A stretch of 64,000 nucleotides of DNA from Nageia nagi (GCA_050084985.1 JBITNC010000002.1:5084001-5148000); one strand, 5' to 3'. Shown: positions 39,497-53,141, counted from the first letter of the stretch. The notes: generated by a model from the letters alone, not told the origin. Program-made: numbers and translations.

Positions 39497-42400
39497 CTAT
39501 GACGGGCACTCTCGACTTGATTTAACCGAATCAAGTTGTTGGACAATTTGATTAAAGTGGGTTAAGGGGCCACTATGCTTCCTCAATGGTATCATAGGAT
39601 ACCATTTAGTAGATATTTCCCTAGAAAGTATCTTTGTCAAGCTTTCGTCCTCCAGAATCCTTTGTTCAATAATCCAACGCCATTTAAGTAGCCACGTAAC
39701 ATGAGAATCAATCATAAGGTTGAAATGATCGTGCGGGCTTAATTCATGGAATTCAGGTGGGCATTGTTGTGGAGTATGGCCAAACTTGGTGAACCAGTCT
39801 TCAAACCAATCTGGAATTTCTTTTGAATTTTCTCTCAAATTGGTTCCTAAACCAACAAAGTAATTATGAGTAAAAATAGTGTTTTCAAAACCAAGAAGGG
39901 TAAAGAAATGTCCTTTATAATGTTCATATGTGAGTTTGAAACCCCTGATTTGAACTTCTTGGTGACGATCGAGAGTTGGCCACTAATGGATTCTAAGGAT
40001 TCTGTTAATAAGTATAGTAGTTCGACCAATAAAGTATTCCCCATTAATATTGCTCTAGTATTGCTTGCAGTATATATCATTTAAATGAAGAAGCAAAGCT
40101 TTGGAACCCATTGCATTATCAATAATTCTTGTATGAATAGAGTGAGTCGCTGGAACATTTACAATTCTACCATCTGGTAGTGGAACACCAATTCTTCTTT
40201 CTGTAAAAAGTCAATGAGTATACCATTGAAGAGGATTTCTTGAGTCCATATTGTGTAATTCGGGTAGAACAAAGATTACATACCAGTCAGCAGACCATGG
40301 TCTAAGCATACTGACTTGATATTCTCTAATGAGATAATCACCAACTGCATTTTTGATACCAGGAATATGTTCAAAAATGATGTCATAATTGTCAAATCAT
40401 AGACTCCATCTAAGCATTCTACTGCTTTCAGAAGCTTTTTCAAACTTTTTTTGGAGAAAGCTTTTCATGTTTTTCAAATTTGATCGTAAAATAAATTTTT
40501 CTAACTGAATAAAAAATTGGAAGGCCTTTATACCTTTGATAGCTGCTAGGATTTCCTTGTGAGAAGAAGGATAATTTAAAGCAGAACCTGAAAAACTCCC
40601 AGATGCATACCTGCATATCTTTTCATCAGTTTCTTTTTTTTTTTAAACACTGCTCCCCAATATTCACTGTTGGCATCTGTTTCTACAAATTGTAAGCTAG
40701 ATCCTAGAAGAGTCATTGATGGAAGTTTTGAACATTTATATTTAATTCTGATAATAGCATCTGTCATCTCTTGACTCCATTCTGAGGGATTCTTCTTCAA
40801 TATTTGATTCAATAATTTTCTATCTGCAGTTATGGCTTGGTAATAACCAGAAACATAGTTTACACATCCTAAAAATCTTTGCAATTGTGTCAAATCAAGG
40901 ATCTTATTAGGAAAAATTCCTGATTTTTTCAAAGATGTGTTTGGAGATTAATCTGTCCTGCTTTGATTTGTAACCCAAGAAACTCAACTTCATCCTTGCA
41001 GAATACAGACTTTTTCTCAGATAGTACTAAGCCTTCTTTATAACAAATAGTATAAAATTCTTCAAGATGTTGAATGTATTGTTTAACATCTTTACTATGT
41101 ACATGTATGTCATCAATATAGACACAAATGAATGAAGAGAAAGGTCTGAAAATTTCATCCATAACCTTTTGGAAAATTGACGGTGCAGTCTTAAGGCCAA
41201 ATGGTAAAAAAGTCCACTAATATTGGCCACTAGGTACAACAAAAGTTGTTTTGGCCCTGTTTGCTGGCTTGATGCTGATTTGCCAAAAACCAAACTTCAA
41301 ATCAAACTTGAAGAACACATTAGAGTGTTCCAATCTTCTCAGCAGTTCATCTTTTGAAGGAATTGGATGTTGAACTGGTACCACATACTAATTCAAAGGT
41401 TTATAGTTGATTACCAACTTTCTTTCCTCTGGCCTGTTCATTCTTCTTGTTAACATACAATGCACTACATGCCCAAGGAGAATTAGAACTTTCAATGAGA
41501 CCTTTCTGTAATAAATCTTGAATTTCTTTTTCACATTCTTATCTAAGAGAAGGACTGAAACCAATATGATAAGCTTTAAATTTTGGTTCAATTACCTTTC
41601 CATTTTTCTCTGATAATTTAAGCTCTATACTGCATTCATGAATTTTTCTATTTCGAAATGCAATAAGGTCCTCAGAGCAAAGATCTCTTTTAATTTTTTC
41701 TATAATCTCATTCAAATTTGAAGAATTCAAATTTATTGCTTTTGAGATCCACTCTGTCTTTTTAGTCTTATTTAGAGAAGACCATATAGGGATAATAGAA
41801 TCATAGAAGCTTTTCAACTGAAATTTAATCCCTTTAAGAATAATACAATTATCTTCTGTAAGACTAAATGGTTTGAGCTTTATCAAATTATCAAATCGAA
41901 TTATCAAGTCATAGTTTTGCATTTCATGTTGGATTAGCTTGAAGATTATAACTTCATTTCCAAATAGGAATAGAACTTTAGCAGATAAACTTGATACAGT
42001 CTTTTCAGAATTGAAGAAAAGGCTTACTCTATCATTCGTCCATAGATCTTCAGGAATTGCATTTGTGCGAGCAAGACTACATTCTCCTCCTGTGTCAATC
42101 AAGGCATCCAACTTATAAGATTTAAAACCTTCAATCTTAATAGTCATAGAACAGACAGGAGAATAGGAATGTTTGACAACATTAATAGTATGTTCTGGCA
42201 AATCTGTAAGATTTAATTCAAATTCAAAATCAACTACCTCATTGTAATCTACGTCTTCCTTCAATAGTTCTTCTAACTCTTTCTGTGCTTTCTGCAAGAA
42301 ACTTTGTAACTTTGCAATGCACAGGATTCTCCATTCTACCCTTTCAGAAATATTATATTTTCTAGGAAAATCCAAACAATGTTTTTCTTTTGTAATTTTT

Positions 42401-43470
42401 GGCTTTAACAAGCCCTGAGAAATCAGACACTCATTGTATGTGCAATGTTTGTAATGTCCAATGGATAAAGAATTATGTACAGACAATTTTGGAGAAGATT
42501 TTTCTGATGTCTCTGCTGCTTTGCTATATTCACCCTATTTCTAGCAAGCTAAACTCTGATAATACTGATTTTGAAGAAAACCAAGCTGATTTTCTAAATG
42601 ATTTTTCTTAGCCAAATCATAGTATGGAATTTGAGCTAACTCTTGTTGAGTATGGGTGATTTGTTGAGACAAATCCAAAACAGAGGGTTTACCCAAAGAA
42701 TACATATTTATCTGAAAATCTACATCAGAATCTATACAGGAAGATGAATTATCAGAAGTAGAATCTGTACAATGATTATAATTTACAGAATGATCAAAAT
42801 CAAAAGAATAAATAATATCACTCTCATAGCCACTTGAATCAGAAATGAACAGATAGTCAGATTCGTAGAGATCTAAATGAGATCATATTAATCTTCTTTT
42901 TGACAGAATCTTGGCCTTTCTTTGGACACTTGGTGGCATAGTGATTTCCTTGACATATAAAACATTTAACTTTCTTCTTTTCAAAATGATGCTGTTTTAT
43001 GAAACTTTCTTTCTCTTTTCCATTGGACTTTTTTATACAAACTTTTCCTTTAACAATCTGTACAAGATCAATTTTTACCAAATTTTTCCTTGTTTCTGAA
43101 ATATTTTTCTTTTTTCAATTTTTGTGAACAACCAAAGTCTTCATCCACGTTATCTCTGCAAATCCATAACCTAGATATTTATGTTGTTTCTTAATCTCCT
43201 TTTTTCTCTTTTGCTCCAAACACAATTCTCTATTGGTTTGGTCTATTATCTAATTGATACAAGCAAAAGACATAGTTTCTGTGCTCAAATTTAAAACAAC
43301 TATATTCTTCTTGTAAGCTTCTCTGAAAAATTCAAGAAATGACTCTATATATCTAGTCTTCATTAAAGCATTATGGATCTAACCTGAATTATAGTACCAT
43401 CCTTGCATTTTACACTGGTACTTCTTCAACTTACTCATCGCAAATTTGAGCTAACAAACTTTTGTTTAGA
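39497..43470 (-). pseudogene. Viral polyprotein remnant CP-AP-RT-RNaseH1-C-terminal domain (N-terminus and movement protein missing)
   Basis: ORF pieces 41539-42486 (AP), 40929-41591 (RT), 40576-40932 (RT/RH) and 39497-39838 ('IPDWFEDWFTKFG...WLLKWRW...LSREISTKWY'); CP motifs 'LCLEQK...FGC' at 43130-43240; multiple stops and frameshifts. Confidence 0.85.
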
Positions 43471-43873
43471 GATTTCAGAAAACAGCATCATTTTGAAAAG
43501 AAGAAAGTTAAATGTTTTATATGTCAAGGAAATCACTATGCCACCAAGTGTCCAAAGAAAGCTCAAGATTCTATCAAAAAGAAGATTAATATGATCTCAT
43601 CTTTAGATCTCTATGAATATGACTATCTATTCATTTCTGATTCAAGTGGCTATGAGAGTGATATTATTTATTCTTCTAATTCTGATCATTCTGTAAATTA
43701 TAATCATTGTACAGATTCTACTTCTGATAATTCATCTTCCTGTATAGATTATGATGTAGATTTTCAGATACAAATGTATTCTTTGGGTAAACCCTCTGTT
43801 TTGGATTTGTCTCAACAAATCACCCATACTCAACAAGAGTTAGCTCAAATTCCATACTATGATTTGGCTAAGA
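42606..43873. repeat. Inverted repeat of viral coat-protein/Zn-knuckle sequence (arms 42606-43004 and 43473-43873, spacer ~470 bp)
   Basis: The arms are reverse complements with scattered substitutions and a 2-bp indel; both encode KQHHFEKKKVKCFICQGNHYATKCPKK (ORFs 42857-43081 - and 43462-43899 +). Confidence 0.95.
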
Positions 43874-46691
43874 TGATGATGATGATGACCAGATTATAAA
43901 CATTGGGACTTATGATGATGAAGTCCAAATCATCAGAGTGAAGTGTACCAAAGAGATGAGTGCCTCCAAACCCGCTCCTGCTAAACATTGAAAGAGGTCG
44001 CCCTCGTGTTCTCAAAATCCCTCTATGAATAGGACTAGCCATGAAAGATCCCTCATCCAAGAAAGAAAAGTATATCAATAGGTGGCAGTGGCGGAGATGA
44101 AGAAGATGAAAGGGAGACCGAAGAAAAAAAGAAGAGAAGCAAGACGAGCACCAGGGTAAAGAAGTTGCCCTTGTTCAAACCACTCTGACCAAAGAAGTCA
44201 AGAAGATCAACAGAGGTCGAGTGTTGGTGCAGAGGCTCCCCCCCAAGCCAGCAACTGAACATCCAGATCTTGACTTGGATGCCTGCCTCAGAGCTCTGAG
44301 CATGAGTACAGCTCATGATGAAGAAATAGATCAGGACTTGAGATCTAAGGATGAAGAAGAGGAGCTCTTTGATGGGGAAAAGGTTAATAGAGTTGATACT
44401 TTTGTTTCTACTACTCGGAAAAAGATCTCCATCAGTCACTGTTACTCCAAGAAGAAACATTCTTAAAGGTCCGAGGACTGTATGATCGAGACATTTAAGA
44501 TGCCCGTCAGGTTGGGTCCTATAGCTCATAAGCACATTGTAACCCAGAATGTCGTTGTCATGGAACAAGAAGGCTATGAAGCAAAGGAGGTGAAGAGGCT
44601 GAAAAGGGAACTCACAGCTAGCAGAAAAATCATTAGGGAGTTCCAGACCATTAGCACCACCCTTGTCGACCTGAAGAAACAAGCCTCGTTCCATTAAGGA
44701 TGGGAGCTGATGAAGGACCAACTGAAGAAAGAGATGATGGAGACCATTGAGAAGTTATCTTCTCAAATATATAGCCTCCTCAAGGAAGGTGATGGGATTC
44801 GGGAACTCAAGTCCCAAATAATGGCACACCTCGAGAAGCTGGATGGTTATCTCCCAAACGTCACCCATCTACAGTAAATCTTTGCTGACAGACCCGAAAA
44901 ACTGGTCTACTCCCATGAGTTTATGTATCAGCACGATTGGCTAAAGCTTGCACTCAAGAAGTGCAATGCCATCTTGAAAAGTCAGGATCCCCTTGGGAAA
45001 GGAAGTAGAGGAGCAGATGAGTATGTATACCAGCTCAGATTTCAAGGGGAGGATATCAGAGTGCGTAGGAGAGAAGCAGTATTGGCAAAGGCCCAAAACC
45101 TAATCCAGGAGCATCTAGATGTCGAAGATCTTTGTTAAAGGCAAGGCATCCTATTCTCTATGAGAGGTAGATGGTCATCCGTAGATGTCAGATGCAGGCT
45201 ACATCCAAGCAGATTGAGGACTATTTTCGACAAAAAGGCAGCATCTTTGGCATGGTTTCCAGAGGAGTACGAAATACCACAGCATTCATGGAAGAGACCA
45301 TTGAGTTGTGCGGTCTCACCAATGAGGAGAGGAACTCTGCTAGTATCGAGTCAAATTTGGCCTAGATATGATCCACTCGCAGATTTTGTCTACGATAATC
45401 TTTCTTTGTTTTAATGCATATTGATGGTGGTTGTTGTTTGTCAGACCTTATTTACTCAGTTTGACTGGTGTAGGGATGAGGTTTTGTTCCCGCCAGATCA
45501 AATCCGTCAGACTTATTAATGGTTATGATCGATGCAGGGATTGGGTTTTGCTCCTTTCAGTTTAGAACCCAAACATTTATTGCATATCTGATTTTCTTTT
45601 GTAGAGGTTAGAGATAGATTAAATGCATTGCAACTGTGGCATTTATATTTTGTCAGCTTTTAAATGCCACTTGCATATTTGTGTGAAAAATAAGATTTTG
45701 TATTGATATGCGTGTTGCGTGTGTGCACACCATATCAGAATTGATGCCTTTAGGGAAACACTTCTAGTGGCCTATTTATACTCCATTCGGGCCATTTAGA
45801 AAGGGATTTTTGCATACATAGGATTTTGCATAATGTTGATTGCATAAGATTATTGCATTTGCTAAAACTGAGGATTTTTGCACAAGGATTCGTTGCATAA
45901 GGGATTCTTTGCATATCATGGATGTATATCGTCGTATCTTTGCTTCATGTTGAATACCATATTGAGATCATTGCAATCAAGAAAGGAATGCTTCTGTTCA
46001 TGCTATGGAAGATCATTGTGAGTTTATTTCTTTCTGGAATAGTTCTATAAAGTTAATACTATGAAGATTTTCATTTGTGGGATCATGCATATTATCCTAT
46101 AAGATTCCCTTACTAGTTTGAGTGATTTTTACTGCTTAAGTCCATTTTCTTTAAAAATTGCAAGTTTTAAGAAAAGTTGATTGAATATCTTTCGAAGTGG
46201 TTTAAGTTGGTCACTGCATGGTTTGCACATAAGTGAATGTATTCTGGAGCATATAGCTTATCTCTATGTCATTCGGTTAGATTCATCTATTCACATGTTG
46301 TTCATTCCCCTTCACCCTATTCCATCCAATCTTACACCAAGACCCTATAGCTTCTTGCTCTCATCTAGTAGCAACTTGAGCCTTTTGCTATTTGTTGCCC
46401 GACTTGATAAGGGAATACATTTTTTTAATGAATCCGGAGATGACTTGCTGAGACACTGCATTGCTGGTAATGTCTTCATAAGTTTGTTATTCATATTTCT
46501 ATGCATTTATCCTTGCATTTGTGATCTTTCTTTGCTTTCGTTCACATCTGTAGTCTTTCCTCTTTGTGAAAAACGAATTCTGACGATGTATTTCCCTTGT
46601 ATACAGTTAACAACATGCATATTTGACCATTGTGCCCTAGTCCATATTCCATGTGAGCGCTTGGGGTAACCAGTCCTTTCAGGCGGAAACA
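43874..46691 (+). mobile_element. Element G: 3' part of a probable Gypsy (Tat/Athila-like) element with a degenerate 3' ORF and an LTR
   Basis: Broken charged/coiled-coil-like ORF pieces 43900-45414; non-coding LTR-like region ending ...GGCGGAAACA at 46691, where Copia RT sequence begins abruptly; LTR start not defined. Confidence 0.5.
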
Positions 46692-47185
46692 AGTAACGCT
46701 ATTTCCTCCAAGTCTTGTACATGTTTTTGGCGAGGAAAGAAAAACATACCAACATCACAACAAACCCTTTTGGCTGATTCATAAAGATTTCAACATCTTA
46801 GTCACCATTGAGAAAAGCACTTTTTACATCAAGTCGAAGCACCTTCCATCCTTGAGCTGCTGAAAGAGCAAGAATTAATCTGACCGTAGCCATATTTGCT
46901 ACTAGTGCAAAGGTTTCCTCATAATCAATTCCATACTTTTGAACAAAACCCTTAGCAACCAACGTTGCCTTCTATTTCTCAATTTCACCCTCTGAATTGT
47001 ACTTGATCTTATAGATCCACTTGTTTCCAATTACATTCTTTGAGGATGAATCTGGAACTAAGTCCAAGGTTCAATTTTTATAAGCGCCTCATACTCCAAC
47101 TTCATAGCATCCATCCAACAAGCATGTTTAGATGCCTCCTTAAACATTGAAGGCTCATTATGATTGTTGATTTTAGCAAGGAGAG

Positions 47186-50100
47186 TGTTACGATGCTACA
47201 AATATGAAAAGGGAAATATTGCAAAAATGAAACGAATATCGATTTGAAACAGGAAAATGACAACTATCTAGTGGAAATAACAGAGCATGCGCTCATAAAT
47301 AGAACTCGAAATAGCAACAATAAGCAGTAAGGATAGGATTTTATTGAATAGTAACAGAATCACAGGGCGCTTCGAGGGGGCTAAAATAATGTTCAAGATC
47401 CATTTCTCCACACACTTCTATCTATTTATAATAAACTAACCCTAACCCTAATAGTAATGCAAAATCGAGCCCCACCCTTACAATCACGGTTTACAATATA
47501 GGCCAACAATTTAATAAAATACTAATACTAACACTAAAATGTTAGGATGTGAGATCCTAACATGCCACCCCTCTTGGGATGAAGCTTTGTCCTCAAAGCT
47601 TGAAGTGTGGAAACTGTTGCTGCAGCTGATGAAGTATTTGCCATGTTGCATCTTCTGGTGCCATGCCTTGCCACTACACAAGGACTTCTGTGATGGAGCA
47701 ATTACGAAGCTGCCATGAACATTGATCCAGAACTACCTCAGGTACAACTGTCATTGATCCATCCTCCACCAACTCAGGTAATTGTGTCTGAACCCGAACC
47801 TCCGATCCAACCACTTTCTTGAGACAAGAGACATGAAACACTGGCTGAATCTTGAAAGGAGCAGGAAGCTTCAGTTTGTATGCAGCTAGGCCAATGCGCT
47901 ATAACACCTTGTAAGGACCATAAAACTTTGGGGCCAATTTTTGAGGGCCTTTTATTTTTAAGGATTTCTGGCGATAAGGTTGCAGCCTCACAAAGACCAT
48001 GTCATCTACTTGGAACTCCCTTTCCACACATTGCTGATCAGCCTATTGTTTCATACGGTGTTGGGCTACCTGAAGGTTATCCTTGAGCAAACGAAGAATA
48101 TCATCCCAAGTAAATAGAGCTGAGTAAACTGCCTGAACTTTACTGGTACCTGCAACATACGAGGTGACTGTTGGTGGAGCTTGATCATACACGGCTTCAT
48201 AGGGAATCATCTTGCTAGCAGAATGATAAGATGTATTATACCACCCATCAGCCAAGGGAAGCCATCGTACCCAATGCACAAGTTGTGCTGAAGCAAAACA
48301 ACGTAAATATGTTTCCAAACATTTGTTGACAATTTCAGTCTGACCATCAGTTTGCGAGTGATATGCTGAGCTCATGTTTAGTTGGGTACCTTGTAGCTTA
48401 AAAAGCTCTTGCCAAAACTGGCTTGTAAAAGTGGGATCACGATCACTAACAATCGTCTCTGGCATGCCATGTAGTTTGAAAATTGTATCCAGGAATAATT
48501 GTGCCACTATCACTGCCTTGTAGGGATGAGCCAATGAACCAAAATGAGCATATTTGGATAACCGATCAACCACCACTAGAATAACTAATTTACCATTGGA
48601 TTTAGAAAGGCCTTCAATGAAATCCATTGAGATATCGGTCCATGTACAGGTAGGTATGGGAAAAAGTTGAAGGAGTCCCGAAGTACCCATTGTCTCACCC
48701 TTTTGTCGTTGACACACATCACAAGCTAGCACAAACTGCTTGATATCCAATTTCATACTTGCCCAATAAAACGATAGTGCCACCTGCTTATAAGTTTTCA
48801 AAAATCCGTCATGTCCTGATGTAGGTGTAGAATGCAATTCGGCATAGTATTTCTGATTTACATTTTGAATGAGATAGTAACAAAATTCGGCCTTTGAATC
48901 TCAAAATACCATCATGCCATGTGTGGTGTGGTTTACTCGTGGGGTCTTGAGTGATCTGTTTTAAGAATTTTTGGGTGGAGCTATCCTCTGCCCACTCTTG
49001 TTTAACTTTATCCAACCATTGAGGAATAGGAGACGAAAAAGCTTGCAGTGCTACTTGATCTTTAAATTTTCTGGACAGAGCATCGGCAACCACATTCTCC
49101 TTACCTTTACGGTATACTATTTCATAATCATACCCCAATAGTTTGGTCACCCATTTTTGTTGCTCAGGCGTAGAAATGCGTTACTCAATGAAAAATTTCA
49201 AACTATGATGATCCGTGAGGATGATGAAATAGCGACCAATGAGATATGGTCTCCAACGTTGAACTACATGAATGATGGCAAGCATTTCTTTTTCATAAGT
49301 AGATTTACCCAAATTTTTTCCAAAGAGTGCTCTACTAGTGAATGCCAAGGGACACCCCTCTTGCATCAATATTGCCCCGATTCCTACTCCACAAGCATCA
49401 CTTTCTATCACAAAGGTTTTAGAAAAATCTGGCATTGCTAATACTGGGGTGGTACACATCGCCTCCTTGAGCTTAAGGAAAGCTACCTTAGCTTGAGGGG
49501 ACCATTGGAATGCATTCTTTTTCAACAACATGGTTAGAGGTGCTGCAATCTTGCCATAATCCTTCACAAATTTTCTATATTAGCCTATCAACCCCAAGAA
49601 TCTTCGGAGACTTTTCAAAGATGTAGGAATAGACCAATTCTGCATGTCAATAATTTTTTGTGGATCCACCTTAACTCCCTCTTTGGATATAAGATGGCCT
49701 AAGTAGTCAATTTTCCTCTTGCCGAATAAACATTTTGATTTTTTTGCATATAGTTGGTGTTCCTTCAAAATTTGTAAGGTTTGGTCAACATGTGCCATAT
49801 GTTCTTGCCATGTCTTACTGTAGATCAAGATATCATCAAAGAAAACTAAAATGAACTTCCTGAGGAACAGACAAAACACCTGATTCATTAAACTTTGAAA
49901 TGTGGATGGAGCATTTGTGAGACCAAAAGGCATGACCAGCAACTCATAATGGCCCTCATGGGTGTGAAATGCAATTTTTGGTATATCCTCCTTGAGGCGG
50001 ATTTGGTGATACCTAGATCATAGGTCCAACTTGGAAAAATATCTTGCCCCATGTAGTTCATCCAATAATTCATCAATGACCGGGATGGGAAATTTGTCCT

Positions 50101-53100
50101 TGATGGTAATTTTGTTGAGGGCCTTGAAATCCACACATACGCCATGAACCATCTTTCTTATGAACCAATATAATTGGAGAAGAATATGGGCTTACACTAG
50201 GTCGGATTACTCCTGCATCCAACAATTCTTTAACCAATTTTTCAATTTCATTTTTCTGTAAACAAGGATACCGATAAGGACGAATGTTTGGTGGGTGACT
50301 TCCCGGCAGCAATCGGATAGCATGATCATGTGATTGCTGGGGTGGTAAGCCCATTGGTTCCTCAAGGTACTTGAATGCTTACTTAAGATGGGCTGCAGAT
50401 CCTTAGGCTCTATGACTTCTGATTCAGTGATTGATAAAAAGTATAATTGTGGCAGCATCCCTTTTCCAATTTTCCGTAGGATCTTTTCCATGCGATGTGA
50501 GCTCATAATTTGTACAGGTCCACCTGTGATCCCCTAAGAGTATGCTCTTATTCATCTATCTTGAAAGTCATCCATAGCTCTGCAAAATTCCACTGCACGG
50601 TGCCCAAAGTCCTCAACCTTTGTACCCCCAAAACTATATCATATCCCCCAAGTGGTAAAACGTACATGTCGCTTTTCAAAGTATAAAGGTCCATGCTCAG
50701 TTTGACATTGTGACATGTGCCTTTACATGCTATTTTTCCTCCATTACCAACCATAACCTCAAAGTTATTGGTAAGATGGAAGTAACAGTCAACAACCTTA
50801 GCCACCCGTGGATCAATCAAATTATGAGTACTTCCCAAATCCAACAATATTATGAGAGGGTCTTTTTAAAAAACTCTTTGACTTTCATAGTTTGAGAGGT
50901 AGTAATTCCTGCCAATGCATTGTAAGAGACAATCGAAACCTCCTCATCTAGAGTTTCTTTTGTAGCCTCTTCTGGTGCACACTCATATTCCTCCTCACTA
51001 GGAGCATCAGCATCAAGCAAATATAACTTTTGTTGAGTACAACGATGACCACGAACAAATTTCTCATCACAATTATAGCACAAACCCTTCTTTCGACGTT
51101 CTTCCATTTCCTCCCATGTCAACTTCTTAGTTTGCATTGTGCGATTCGATGGTGAGGCACTTGTGTTATTAGAGGAATGGAAAATAGTATGTGTTTTTGT
51201 GAATGGGGGTCTTGCATTTCGTCGATGAGCACTGGTTTTATCTTCAGCGAGCTTTGCCAAAGCAATAGCATCCATCATAGTTTTGGGATTAAACATTTTG
51301 ACCTCTGGTTTAATTTCTTCCTTTAATCCACTGATAAAACAACTTGTGAAAAATGCATCGTCCAACCCCTCTGTGTGATTTGCCAATTTCTCAAACTGAT
51401 TTTGGTATTCTTTGACTGTTGTAGTTTGATGTAACTTGGTCAATGCTCCTGTGAAATCTTCATAGTCACTAAGACCAAAACGGATAAATAATTGCTGAGT
51501 AAATTCATCCCATGAAGGAGCAGGATGCATTTTTGAGTACCACTGGTGCCATTGGAGAGCCTCACGGTCCAAATGAAAAGTTGCCATGCGCACCTTCAAA
51601 TCCTCTAGAATTTGGTTCAATGTGAAATACTATCCGACCTTATAAATCCAACCAATGGGATTATCTCCATCAAATTGGAGAAAATCCAATTTGGTTGTGC
51701 AGGGAAGAATGAAACCACCTTTTTAGCCCTGAAAGTTTTGATGATACCCTTGTGGATTTCCTAACTGCCCTGATTACTGTGAACTGGATGTATTGTTGGT
51801 ATGACTAAGACTTAGTTGAACACTATCACATTTATTGTCAAAGGTTTGTATTTGGGTTTGTATTTGTTGGATTTCTGCCCTGAATGTACTGGTAAGTGTA
51901 TCTGCCATTTGTTGGATCATAGTTTGAAATGTCATCATGGTAGGATCAGCTTGTGCTGCTGTTTCGGATCTTGTTTTAGGTGTCATTTTTGAAAATGGCT
52001 ATTTTTAAAAGTGATATTTCTAGAAACTACTATTTTTAGAAAGTGCCCGAAAAGACGAACACAATGGGCTAGGTCTCTTGATGATGATTTTCGGACTCCT
52101 AGACTTTTTTTTTGTCTGTGGGTCTGTTTTTTTTTATGTCTGTGGGTCTTTTTTTTTTTTTAAACATCTGTGGGTCTGTCTGCTTTTGTTAAAAACTACT
52201 AAAATGGTACAGATTTTTAGTTATTTAGCTTTGAAGTTTTTACTGCCTCTAAACTGCTATTTTTGGTAGCTCTGAAAAACTACCTGTCATACATTCTGCT
52301 TCCCGAATCAAGGTTTTTTATGTGAAGGAATGATTCTAGGGTAAGGATTATCTACTCTCTAGGCTTGTCTAAACACCCCTCCTTTCCAACTTTCGCAAGG
52401 AAAGAGGCTGCAAAGATGGCTTCTATGACAAGTAACTTTCCAGCGGCACTTGCTGGTGCACTATAGTTTACAGACGGTCGACACAACTTCCTACCTAGTT
52501 TCCGTTTATAGCCTAGATAGTCTTCGATATACCTTTCGGTACGTGGAGTCCTCCATGTAGGGTTATGTCTGAGGCCTAAGTATTGCGTAGAGTTTTTTGC
52601 ACCTCACTTCACACAACTTTATGGGCAAGTGTGCTTAGCCAAAAATGATAGATCCTCCTAGATATTTTAAAACCCCCGATACATGGTTTCTAGCTTAGAC
52701 CTCTAAGAAAAAAAAAATATTTTTTTGCAGCAGAATGGCCCTGGAAAGAGCTCTAATACCAGATTTTACGATGCTACAAAAATGAAAAGAGAAATATTGC
52801 AAAAATGAAACAAATATCGATTTGAAACAGGAAAACAGAGCATGCGCTGATAAATAGAACTCGAAATAGCAACAATAAGCAGTTAAAGATAGGATTTTAC
52901 TGAATAGTAACAGAATCACTGGCCACTTCGAGGGGGCTACCTCCTTACAACTCCGAAAATGAAAAATAATGTTCAAGACCCATTTCTCCACACATTTCTA
53001 TCTATTTATAATAAACTAACCCTAACCCTAATAGTAATGCAAAATCGGGCCCCGCCCTTACAATCAATTTTACAATATAGGCCGACAATTTAATAAAATA

Positions 53101-53141
53101 CTAATACTAACACTAAAATGTTAGAATGTGGGATCCTATCA
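47186..53141 (-). mobile_element. Complete decayed chromovirus (Reina-like Ty3/Gypsy)
   Basis: LTRs 47186-47562 and 52764-53141; perfect TSD GAGAG; PBS 52750-52761; PPT AAGAGGGGTGGCA; gag 50850-51620, PR 'LDLGSTHN', RT 'FFDDILIYS', RH 'ESDACGVGIGA', INT 48043-48837, chromodomain 'WQGMAPEDATW' near 47650. Confidence 0.95.

Larger units (their letters stand above)
39088..43873 (-). mobile_element. Endogenous caulimovirid (plant pararetrovirus) insertion, rearranged
   Basis: No LTRs or integrase; minus-strand order CP with Zn knuckle CFICQGNHYATKC, AP 'LDALIDTGGECS', RT 'VYIDD' and 'LQRFLGCVNY', RH 'VETDANSEYWG...HKEILAAIKGI', then a W-rich domain; tRNA-Met PBS at 39123. Confidence 0.9.

Noticed and set aside
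39497-43470. Reading the RT region as a Gypsy pol
   Set aside because: No integrase after RH, no LTRs, and CP/AP motifs of caulimovirid type
44053-44721. 222-aa minus-strand ORF
   Set aside because: Antisense shadow of the purine-rich plus-strand ORF of element G
47438-47451. ACCCTAACCCTAA telomere-like motif (also near 53020)
   Set aside because: Only two units, part of the chromovirus LTR; not an interstitial telomere
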